DNA of 32,907 nucleotides from Reclinomonas americana ATCC 50394 (Eukaryota): NCBI GenBank assembly GCA_048213135.1, contig PS015490.1:63228-96134 (forward strand), written 5' to 3'. Below are positions 1 through 10,453 of the stretch, one piece after another. The notes under the pieces were generated by a model. It was not told the origin of the DNA and did not search any database. It saw only the letters and a program-made list of their open reading frames with translations. Positions within the stretch are counted from its first letter, which is position 1, and every line of letters begins with the position of its first letter. The translations under genes and the position numbers were made by a program.

Positions 1-56
<56 letters not shown>
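1..56. repeat. (GA)n microsatellite grading into GACA repeats, probably intronic in the aminopeptidase gene
   Basis: Direct inspection: more than 20 GA units followed by GACA units. Confidence 0.95.
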
Positions 57-58
<2 letters not shown>

Positions 59-313
59 GCAGCAGCGGTAGCAATAATAAGGTAGACATGTACCTTCTTT
101 CTTTCTCGTGAGAGAGAGAGAGAGAGCAGCACAGCCTTCCTGTGCTGCAATCTATTTTTCGTGTGACAGAGAGAGCGAAGGATGACATGCACCTTCCTCT
201 ATTCTCGTGCGAGCTGAAGGCTGTCATGCAGCCTGTTTCTCGCACGTGTGTGTCATTCTCTCTCCCTCTCCCGCTCCCCTCCCTCCACCCTCCCTTCTCT
301 ATTCCCCACTCAC

Positions 314-609
314 CACAGGCCACCACCATACGCCTGCACGCCAACCTGCAGGAACCCGGCACCAGTGACCTTGGTGTTCGGCTTCAGCTACACCACGAGA
401 GAAGGAATCAGCACCAAACAGCCGCCCATTGACCACCTCTTCTCCACACACGCAAATAACCTTAAAGTCGGGACTGTCAGTGTGCGCCGCCACCACCTGG
501 AATCCATTGCCGGGCTTCTGCTTACACACACAACAGCAATTCTCCGATCAGATCGCAGAGACAACTCGCGAAATGCAACGCGCGGGGAATCGTCACAAGC
601 AACAGAGAC

Positions 610-662
<53 letters not shown>

Positions 663-1001
663 CGTGTGTGTGAGTGTGTGTGAGCACGCAACATACAAGG
701 CACCGACAGCAAAGGCCAAGAGCGTGGTCTGATTGCGCGTGAAAAAGTACTTGCCACCCGGCTTGATGTTCCACGCATCGCGCTCCGACAGCTGCACAAA
801 GCCTCGCTCAATCAACTGCCGACGCGCCTTCTCTACAAAGACAACACACAGAGAGAGAGAGTGTGTCAGATGTCGCTGTCATGTCGCACAGAGAGGCACA
901 CACACGCGCGCGCGCAAACCGACTGCGTGGAACGGCGACACGGAGTAGTTGACAAAGTCAAGGAAGCGGTTGGCCAGCGCACGCGCGCTCTCCGTCACCA
1001 T
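314..1001 (-). CDS. DNPEP: Aspartyl aminopeptidase (peptidase M18), 5' part; the rest lies beyond the window start. Exons 1001-920, 832-693, 517-~461, 387-314
   Basis: Spliced translation: MVTESARALANRFLDFVNYSVSPFHAV|EKARRQLIERGFVQLSERDAWNIKPGGKYFFTRNQTTLLAFAVGALY|KPGNGFQVVAAHTDSPDFK|LKPNTKVTGAGFLQVGVQAYGGGLW. It has the M18 hallmarks SPFHAV, AHTDSP (metal ligand His) and YGGGLW. All introns are GT-AG and phase-consistent. Confidence 0.93.
604..682. repeat. (GA)n/(GT)n microsatellite in aminopeptidase intron 2
   Basis: Direct inspection. It produces the spurious ERERER/SLSLSL ORFs. Confidence 0.9.
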
Positions 1002-1064
1002 GATATGACAAAGAAAGCAAACACCAAAGTGCAAGAAGAGGACAGACTCGCTAATTGACTGACA

Positions 1065-3610
1065 ATGAGCGATGACGAGGGCGGTGGCGTCACACCACCT
1101 TCCGCCGCCACTGGCATCATTCGTCCCTCTGTGCAACCGCCTCCGCCTCCGCCGCTTCCTCCGCCGGCATTGAAGCGCACGGGCACGCAGAAACGACGCA
1201 AGAAGAAGCGCAGCAGTGATGAGGCGGCAGCGCCTGCGCGTCGCTCGCATCATCATCAGAGCAGTAAGCCTCTTGCGCATCGATCGTTGCAGTTGAGCGA
1301 GCCTGCGTCGTCATTGTCGGCATCATCGTCGTCGGGATTTCGCTCAGTGGATCGTGTGCTGTTGATGCCGCTCGGCGATGGAGCGATTGCGCGCGGAGGT
1401 CTCGTGCGACTGGAGGAGAACTACCTCGCGCCTATCACGCCGGGTATCATTACGCCGCGACAGCAGGTGGACACTGCTGCTGGTGCTGCTGCTGGTGGCG
1501 CTGGTGGTGCTGGTGGGAGTGGAGTTGGCGGAGGGACATCACGGCAGTCGTTGATTAGTATGAGTCGCGGGAGTGCAGTGTCGGATGAGGACTCGGATGT
1601 GGTGTATGCGCCGCCGTCGGCGGGGAGAGGTGGGGCGGGGCGCGGCAGCAGTGGGCGGTTGGATGAGGCGGCGTTGTTGGCTCTGGCGGGCGGTGGTGAC
1701 GATGTGGGTACCACGGATCTGCACTCGTCCAGTGCGTTTCCGTCGTATCACGGCGTGGTCGGGCCGGGATCGTCTCGTGGTGGGTCGGAGGTGGCACCGG
1801 CGTTGTTGTTGGCCGATGGCGGCACGCTGCTGGAGTTTGAGAGGCGGAGATCGGTCAAGGGCGTGTTTTACGTGCTCTTTTGCCTGCTCCTCCATTGTGC
1901 GTCTCTCTCCACGGCGACCCCCTCCCATGCATCGCGAACTCACTCTTGTGTCTGTGTGTTTTCTCCCGCGCAGTGGTGGAGCAGGTCGTGCATCTGTTCA
2001 CCACCATTACGCTGCATAGCAATCGCGGCATTCTCGACAGCTACTTCATCTCGTCGCTGGTGTTCCTGATGCTGCCGCACGCCATTCTCTTTCTTGGTGG
2101 CCTCTTCGGCCGCGGTCTCATTGACGACGAGACGCCGTCGTCACGCAATGCGGTCGTCGACCGCATCATGTTCAGCTCGTCGTCCACGTACGGACGTGGG
2201 GGTTACGGCAGCATTTCGGCCTCGAGAAGTCACAGCAGGCAGCATTTGGTGAGTGCGCTTGTTTGGTGTGCTTTGTGTGCGCATTCCTCACTACGCAATG
2301 CATCTTCGCTTCTCAAGGCTGGCATGTGGGACTCGCAATCCGGCCTCGAATCGAACTGGTGGGCCACGGGTCCAAGTCGCCCGCGGCACATGGTCGCCCG
2401 TGTGTGGCAGTACATCGTCACGCGACTTCTCATTCCACTCACCGGCATGGCGTACTCGTCGCGCTGTGTGGTGCTCATGACGTGCCAGTCGAGTCGATAC
2501 ACGGTCGAGCTCAACATTCCCATGCTGGCGCGCTTCAAACTCGTGCACGCCTTCTTTGGCCTCGCACCGCAGTTCATCCTCATTGTTTCGTCGGCGTCCG
2601 TCCACTGTTTACTAGCTGCTGCTCACCAGCGTTCCACTGCTCCAGATCTTCCACGTGATCCAGAACGAGATGCTCAATCTGGAATTCACTCTCTGCATCG
2701 TCGTGTGCAGCGTGGGTTCGGCCATTGCCTTTGCGTCGGCCGACGTGGTGCTGCAATCGGACGACTCGTTTGTGCGCCTGCTGTCACAGGAAAGGGTGCT
2801 GACCACCGGTTCGTTGCTTGCTGGCGCAGAGCGGCGAATCATCTCCCCCCGTCTTCTCATGTGCCATTCACAGTCATGTCGTTCTTGCACATTGGATGCG
2901 CTCTCGGCGAGTTTTCGCTCCGTCTCGCCCTCGTGTTCAAAGTCAAGGACGTCACGGTGGCCATGGTGTCGCTGCTGGTCGACACGGCGCTCTTTTTCGT
3001 GGCGCAAGCGGCCGTGCGAATACGGCGCGCCCAATGTCGATCCATCTGCTATCATGCGTGAGTGCTGCTTGCTTTCTCATTCCCTTCCGCGCATCCATGC
3101 TGATCCTCTGCTTGTCTCACAGTGCCGCCTCGTTGGTGGGCGCCGTGCTGTCGCATCTCACGCACCCGTACACGCCACACATGTTGTCGGGCATTCCATT
3201 GCGAGCCGACGAACAGCTGTGCCTCCTTGGTGCGATAATTGACATGCCCTTTTCGTGCCTCCTCCCACTGTTGGCTGACTCATTTGCTTGTTTTCTGCGC
3301 AGGTGGCAGATTAGGCGTGTACCTACTGCGTATCGGCACCGTGGTGCTGGCCTTCCGACTGTACTGGCAGCTCGGGTTCGCCAACTTTACGTTTTTGGTC
3401 GGCCTCATGGCCGTCTTCTTTGGTTGCAGTGCGGTGCTGCAAGTAATAGACTGGATCCGTGCACTGCGGCGGCGGCGTTCTCGTCGCGCTGCGTCGGCTG
3501 GCACATTAGGCAGCACCGCAAGTGGTGGCGGAAGCTCGTCCAATCGCATGCTGCAATTGGTTCCAGACGAGGCGGCGCCACTCACGCCACGAGCGATAAC
3601 AGACTATTAA
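1065..3610 (+). CDS. XK-related (Xkr/XK family) polytopic membrane protein with a long disordered N-terminus. Exons ~1065-1896, 1974-2248, 2318-2584, 2646-2767, 2830-3057, 3123-3228, 3303-3610
   Basis: After splicing, segments align in order with XK family motifs: VFYVLFCLLLHLVEQVVHLFTTITLHSNRG..YFISSLVFLMLPHAILF (TM1-2); RFKLVHAFFGLAPQFILIIFHVI (compare LrLlEaFlEsaPQliLQ); CIVVCSVGSAIAFASAD; FLHIGCALGEFSLRLALVF (compare wrllei.sRvlal.lF). Further hydrophobic helices follow. Introns are phase-consistent GT-AG. Confidence 0.7.
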
Positions 3611-3836
3611 ATTATTCGTGCATGTGTAACAACACTCTTCTTCATGTTCTTCATTCGTCTAAACTCACAAACAAGCAAAACACACAAAACCCATACGGGA
3701 TTCTACAATCAAAAACGATTAACACGCACTGAGGCGTGCAACAAGGGGGGGAAAACATACACAAATCAAAAAAATGGAAACTCACACACAGAGCAACTAG
3801 GGAGGCTCGACCGCGCACTCCGGATCACACACCACA

Positions 3837-6800
3837 TTACACCGCCTCCATGGCCTGCACTCCGCCGCGCGACTCAACACGCTTGGCGGCCGCCGCCATG
3901 CTCTCCTTCAGCAGCATCTCGCGGTTGGCGCTGAGCTGGTGGCTGAGATTCTGCGAGACAGGTCGCCGGCCGAGAGGCTCGGCCTGCGGCACGCTGGCCA
4001 TGCTGACCACACTCTGCGCATCATCGTCGCCCATGTTCGACGGCGTCATGGCGCCCTCTCCAAGGCGGCGACGGCGGCGCGGTGTCACCTCTGGCGACGT
4101 CGGCTGCCCCGCTCCAGTGTGCGGGGACTTGCGGCGATCCTCTGGGCCATCACGGTGCGCGCGCTCTCGAATCTGGCTCTGCAGCGACGACACGCGCACG
4201 TTGTAGACGGCACCCTGATCCTGCTGCTGTTGCTGTTGCTGCTGTTGGTGATGGTGGTGCTGGTGGTGGTGACTCTTCTCACGAGCGGCCGGTGATCCAA
4301 TGTGCACATGCTCCGGCTCGTCGGCCACCACGTCCATGTCCGAGTTCTGACGACGGCGAGAGCGGCGCTCCGAATCCGATGCATCTCCACCGCTGCTGTG
4401 GCGGCGGCTGCCACTGCCCTGGCGTGCATCAGCGTCGGTCGACGATGCCGACTTGTGCGACACTGGCCGCTCCAGCTGCTCCTGCATGTGGGCCGACGAC
4501 GATGTCGACTGGCGTGAGCTGCCACGCGATCCAGCAGCCGCAGCAGCCTCAGCGGCCGCAGCTGCCTCCTGCGCCTCCCGCTCCAACCGGCGACGCTCAC
4601 GTCGCTCGCGGCGTCGGCGGCGCGCCTCCTCATCCTCCTCGCCGTGCGAGTCCTCACGACCCAGTCGATCGAGCTCACGCTCCACCGGCTGCGCGTGTCG
4701 GCTGCGCTCCACCTCGCGCTGGTGCAACTCCACCAACCTCTCCGCGTCCTCCTTCTCACGACGGCGACGCTCACGGCGCTCGGCACGGCGGCGCTGCGCA
4801 GCCTCCTCCTCGTCCTCCGCCACCTCAGCCTCGCTGGTGTGTTGGTGATGGTGGCGCTCGCGGTGGCGCTGCTGCTGCTCCTTCTCCTCCGCACGACGGC
4901 GGCGGCGGCTCTCATCTTCAGCGCGCTGCGCTTCCTCGGCCGCAGCACGCGCCACTTCCTCCTCCTCCTGGCGACGACGCTCGCGGCGCAGGCGACGGCG
5001 TTCACGAGCCTCTTCCTCCTCTGGCAACACAAAACAATTGAGCATTACAGGCTTCCTCGATGCAAGGCAAACACACATATCAAAAGCGTACCAATCACGC
5101 GCTGCTTGTTCTCCGCCGCTGCACGCGCTTCCTCGGCTTCCAACTCGCGCTGCACACGCAGACGTGCCTCTTCCGCACGAGCTTCAGCCTCGCGCTGCTC
5201 GCGACGACGAGCGCGATCCTCCTCACGGCGGCGACGCTCATCTTCGGCGGCGCGAGAGGCGCTGCGCAGACGCTCACGCTCTTCGGCCTCGCGGCGAGCC
5301 AGCTCCTGTCGAGCCTCCTCCTCGCGCTGCGCTTCACGCTCAGCGGTCGCGCGCTCCTCCTGCACGCGTCGCTGACGGCGACGCTCACGGCGAGCCTCGC
5401 GCTCCATGCGCTCCAGTTCCTCACGAGCGGCCGCTGAGAAGGAAAACAGTGAGTAAACTAAGCCCAACAAAATGACCAATACCCTCGCACTCGTGTAGTT
5501 ACCTTCCTGACGCTCGCGCTCGCGTTCACGTTCGCGCTCACGATCCGAGCGGCTGCGGCGCTGACCGTCAGCGTCGTCACTGGTGCGACGAGACGAACGG
5601 TGGCGCGACGAGCGATCTTCGACCACTTGCTCGACCTCGCCTGCTCCGTCCTCGTCGTCCGTCACCTCCACCTCCTCGTACACCTCCTCGTACGACGCCG
5701 TATCCTCGGCCTCATCACGCGGATCCTCCTCGTCCGAACCCTCCTCAACCTCCACTGGCTCGGGCTTGCGCTGCAGCGCCGCCGGGCGAGAGGGTGCCGG
5801 CGGTGGCGGTGGTGGCGGGGCAATGGCGGCCGCAGCCAGCTGGCGACGGGGTCCCGGCAGCGGCATCTCGGTCGTGGCCACAATCGGGCGTGCCAGCAGC
5901 AGCGGGTTCGGTGGAGTCACGGGCTTGCTCTGCGCCTGTGCCTGTGCCTGTGCCTGAGGCTGCGGCTGCGCCTGCGCTGGCGGTGCCTCCTGCGGTGCCT
6001 GGCGCGTCACAAACGGCGCCGGAGTCTGCTTTGACGACTGCGGCTGCGCTGCCTTGGCGGCCGCAGACGGCGGCGACGGCGGAGGCGCGGCCTTCGCGGG
6101 AGCAGGCTGCGGCTGGGCGGGGCCCTGCTTGACGGCGCCAGCCGGAAGCGGCGTCATCTTTGGCGACATGGGTGGCGACGGTGCCGGCGAGAACTTGCCA
6201 GGCGTCACGCCAGTGAGAGCCAACTTGACGGCGGCCTCCTGGGAAGCCGCCGACGACGGCAGGCTACGCGCGGGACTGGCGCTGGCACGCTCAACGGTGA
6301 TGGCAGCCGTGGTCGCGGCAACCGGCGGCGCCACAGGTGTCTTCACCGCCGGCTGCTCCTGCTTGGGCTCCTGCTTCGGCTGCTCCTGCTTGGGCTTCGG
6401 CTGCTCCGGCTCCTGCTTCGGCTGCTCTTGCTTCGGCTTCGGCTGAGCGGGCTGCTCCTGCTTGGGCTTCGGCTGCTCCTTCGGCTTCGGCTGCTCCTGC
6501 TTCGGCTTCGGCTGCTCCTTCTCCGGTTGCGGCTTCGGCTGCTCGAGCTTCACCGGCGATGGCTGAGTCGCACGGGCAGGAGGAGCTGGCGGCTCAACCG
6601 CGGCGGGCGGCAGCACCAGCTGCGGCATCAGTGGCGCAGGCGAGGTGCGCGGACCACTGGTCGGCGACGCGGCCTGCAGAGGCACCGACGTCGGCGTGGC
6701 ACCGACAATCACCGAATGGTCGTAGAGACCGAGCATCGGCGGCGACGGCGGCGGTGGCGGGGCCAGCACCTCGGGCTCCTCCGGCATCACCACCTCCGGC

Positions 6801-9723
6801 TCAGCTTGCGGCTCAGGGGCCGGCAGCTCAGGCTCAGGCTCCGGCTCCGGAATCAGCACCGCCTTCAGGGGCATCGAGTGCACCGGCGGCGCCGCCGGTC
6901 GCATCCGCGGCGACACTGGGCTGACGGCGCCGTTCTGCGGCACAATCGGCTTCATGGAGGTCACCACGAGGCGCGACGGAGGGGCGACGACCGGCTTTGC
7001 CGGCGCAGGCGACGACGACGACGACGACGACTCGGCAGCCGTGGCATGCAACGGAACTGGCGAGGCCGCAGACCGCGCGGCGGCACTCTGCGACATGGAG
7101 CCCATCATGCGTGCGAGCTCCGAGCTCGCCTGCGCCAAGGGCTTGGCGGAGACCTGTTGCATGCGCTCCAACTCGGTCGACGGCTTCATCGGTGGATTGT
7201 CGACCTCCTTGGCGACAGCAGCAGCAGCAGCAGCAGCAGGGGATGTTGACTTTTCCGTGGCGGCAGTCGGCGTGGTGACGGCGGCGGCGGCGGCGGACGG
7301 ATAGCCAACAACAGCAGCAGCAACCACAGTCGGTGAAGCCAAGGGCGAAGAGGCGAGCGAGCTGCTCGTCTTGAGGGCCGGCTTGACGGGGGACAGCACA
7401 GCGCTGGTGCCGACGCTGCCGTTGCTCGGGGTTGGGGGGCCGGTGGGTGTCGACGGAGACGACGACGCCACATCGTCGTCAAGCGCAAACGTGACCGAGC
7501 GGTCGGTGCGGCTCTGCTTTGAGCGCGAGGAGCGCGAGGTCGGCGTTCCATTGGCCGGCACAAAGCCAGGCTCCGTCACCAGCATGTTGTAGTAGGTGTT
7601 GAGCAGGGCCTCCGGGACGTGACCGCCGTTGCGCAGCTGCATCTCGATAATCTACAAAAGAGTGGTGAGGAGGATGGAATGAAAAAGAGCACCACTTCAA
7701 ATCACCAACACACCTCGATAAACGACGATGCCGAGGTGCGTCGCTGACTGCGGCGAGACGACGGCGAGTGATGTGGGGGCGGGACGGGGCGACGCTGGTC
7801 CGAGCCGGTGCGTTGGTGCGCGCGGAACGGACCCTGCTGCTGCATGTGGTTTTGTGCTGCAGAGTGACGGAGAGGGAGAAAGAGAGTGAGTGGAAAAAGC
7901 AAAAATAAACGTGGCAAATTATGGTGCGCCACTCACCATCTGCACTGCGCATGCCGCCATTGGGGCGCGCCATGCCAGACGAGCGGCTGGGGCTCTGAGA
8001 GCGCGACGAAAGTGGCAGGTGCGGCGCACCATTGCCATTACCAATGCCACCGCGAGTCGCCTGGCGACCGCGCGCCATGGACGGCGAATCGGTGCGTTCC
8101 TCACGCGCCGCCGCCGCCGTCGACGACGACGACACCGAGGTGGGCGTCATGGAGCGCGTGGGAGTCGACGAACGCTGACGCGACAGGATTGGCGTCGACG
8201 AACGGCGAACCAAGCAGCTGGCGCTGGGGCGCGGGCTGACCTTGCCCGACAGGTTCGCCGAGGCGGCCGCATTGGAGGCGGCGCCATTGTCGGCCCGGTT
8301 GCCGCCACTGGCAGCACCCGAGCCGCTGGCAACCGAGCTGCTGCAGGTGCTGCCAGTGGTGGTGTTGTTGGCAATGGCCGCCTGGCGGTTACGCGAGGCG
8401 GGGCTCACGCTGCGAGAGCCACTGCCATTGCTGCGAGACTGGGAGCCGGTGCTGCGGCCACCCGGACTCTGCGAACGCCCCGTGGAGCGAGCCGGTCGCG
8501 GAGCGCTGACCGGACGACGCGGCGACACACTCGTCGACGGACTCTGCGCGGCGGCAGTGACATCGCCACGGCCGAGTGGCGACTTGGAGCGCGTGCGCTG
8601 TGTGTGCGTTCATGCAAGTCAGACGAGGGGGAGTAGAGGGGAAAGGGAGAGCAACAAACGAGTGCGTGCGCAACTTGACCCGACAGACGCATAATGCCAG
8701 TGGGCGGCGCCGCTGGTGTCATGGACAGCGGCAACACCAGTGGCGGCACCGTGACCGGCACCGGCACGGCCGCGCGACCCACCACCGTCACTGTGGCCAC
8801 CACCGGCACAGCGACCATACCTCCCGTTGGAGTGGCAGGCGACGTCACCAGCGCAGCAGCAGCTGCCGTGGTGGTGGTGGTCGTTGTCGTGGTCGGCGAC
8901 GACACGCTCACTCCCGACGAGCCCACCGACGCGCCACCCGACGGCGACTGCGGCGACGACAGAAGCGATGACGCACGTGGCGTCAACGAAGAGCGTCGCG
9001 AAGGCACTCCCTTGAGCGGCTTGCGTTGCACAGCTGCCACAGCCGCAGCCGCGGCCGCAGCCACAGCCGCCGCACTGGCCGTGTTGCCTTGCACGACAGT
9101 CACACCCGTGTTAAACGACAAGGGCGAGGTGGCGCGCGCCTGGCCTGGCGACGAGGGGAACAGCGCAGACTGCGCGCGGTTGAGTGGCGAGGGAGGCTGG
9201 GTGACTGTGGGCGTGGTCGATGAGGTCGACGAGGTGCGTGTGATGGTGGTGGGAACCACGGTGGCGCCCAGTGATCGCCATGGATGGTGGTTGGGCGATG
9301 AGGGTGAGGGCGACGAGGAGGAGAGTTGAAGAGGCAGAGGTCGATGGTTGTCACTGTGCATCAGGGGAACGGGATCGAGAAGAGAGTGAGCGGTTGTGAT
9401 CTCACTTTCGCCACACAAAGTCGAGACAAGTCACTTCTCTCGATGATAACAACGCGCGTGTGTGTGTGCGCGCGTGTGCTTCTCTCTGTGTGGCTGTGTG
9501 ACTGACTGACCTCGATGAGCATAGAGAGCGTGTGTGTGTGTTGTGTGTGTGACTTGACACCAAACTCATTTTCCCATCAAAGTGCGGTTATGTACCTCTT
9601 TCACACTCACTCACTCAGACACACACAGTTCCCTGCTCTGTTGCGTCGCACACACATACCAACACACAAAGACTGCACGACTACTGCGCGTGTGCGTGTC
9701 AAAGGATTGTGAACGTACCTCAT
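3837..9723 (-). CDS. Large (~1,700 aa) low-complexity protein: Ser/Pro/Thr/Ala-rich N-half, QPKPKQE repeats, Glu/Arg-rich helical C-half; function unknown. Exons (9723-9719), 9353 or 9361-8675, 8597-7937, 7856-7714, 7651-5503, 5433-5092, 5020-3837; the 5' end may extend further upstream
   Basis: Long minus-strand ORFs (8405-9418, 7479-8528, 5045-7642, 3837-5078) are joined by phase-compatible GT-AG introns with pyrimidine tracts. Exon sum from ATG 9361 is 5166 nt (1,721 aa plus stop). No globular domain recognised. Confidence 0.8.
6350..6546 (-). repeat. Coding tandem repeat encoding (Q/E)QPKPKQE-like units
   Basis: Translation EQPKPQPEKEQPKPKQEQPKPKEQPKPKQEQPAQPKPKQEQPKQEPEQPKPKQEQPKQEPKQEQP; repeated ggctgctcctgctt(g/c)gg on the + strand. 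Confidence 0.9.
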
Positions 9724-10453
9724 TTGTCTACAGTGTAAAAAAGTGCGGGCGTTTCCCGGCGATCAAAAAATCCCTCCAGAAAAGACAACGCGCTCGGGGC
9801 CTTGAACCACAGAGTAAGTGCGTGTGTGTGCGTGTGTGGGCGCGTTGTGTGGCAGAGGGAACTCTGTTTCGGCGACACACGCTGCAAATGCACGTGGTCC
9901 ACTCTCTCGCAACTCCAAAAAACCGTAAATGTTTCGGCTTGTTCTTTTTCGCGATCCAAACAGAGCAGTGTCAATGGCGTTTCCTACTGTAAGTTGGAGG
10001 TGGGGGTGGATGGGGTGAGAAAGGGGGGAGGGAGGGTGTTCCAGGGCGGAAGGCTGTGAGGTCAAGAGAGTTGGAAGTCGAGTGTGAGAGATTGACGACG
10101 ACGAATTCGAAAAATCGAGTTGAGATATCGATATTGCGCAGCGACGCCTCGATTTTCCAAGCCATGACCCAATCGCCTGGAGTACGGACTTTCAAGAACT
10201 ACAAGACATGCACATGGCAGCAAGCGCAGGCTTTGGAGCTCGTGGTTTGATCATGAATTCGATATCGCTGCGCAGCGATTGATCCGGATCGCGAATTCGA
10301 ACCAACTTGTCCGTGGACGTCTTGATCGCCCACCGGAGAGGAATGGATGCTGCTCATTTCACGGGTAATCCTTTTGTTTTGAGCCGTGGATTCTCTTTCT
10401 CATGTCGACGTCGACGTCGTGATCGACTTTTCTCGTTTTCTTTCGTAATTATA

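Noticed and set aside
142-815. Short ORFs with ERERER/SLSLSL/HTHT runs
   Set aside because: They are translations of intronic microsatellites or antisense to aminopeptidase exons.
3939-9329. Many long + strand ORFs (e.g. 4082-5041, 4644-5375, 6428-7249, 7890-8636, 8694-9329)
   Set aside because: They are antisense shadows of the GC-rich low-complexity minus-strand gene and have no independent motifs or splice logic.
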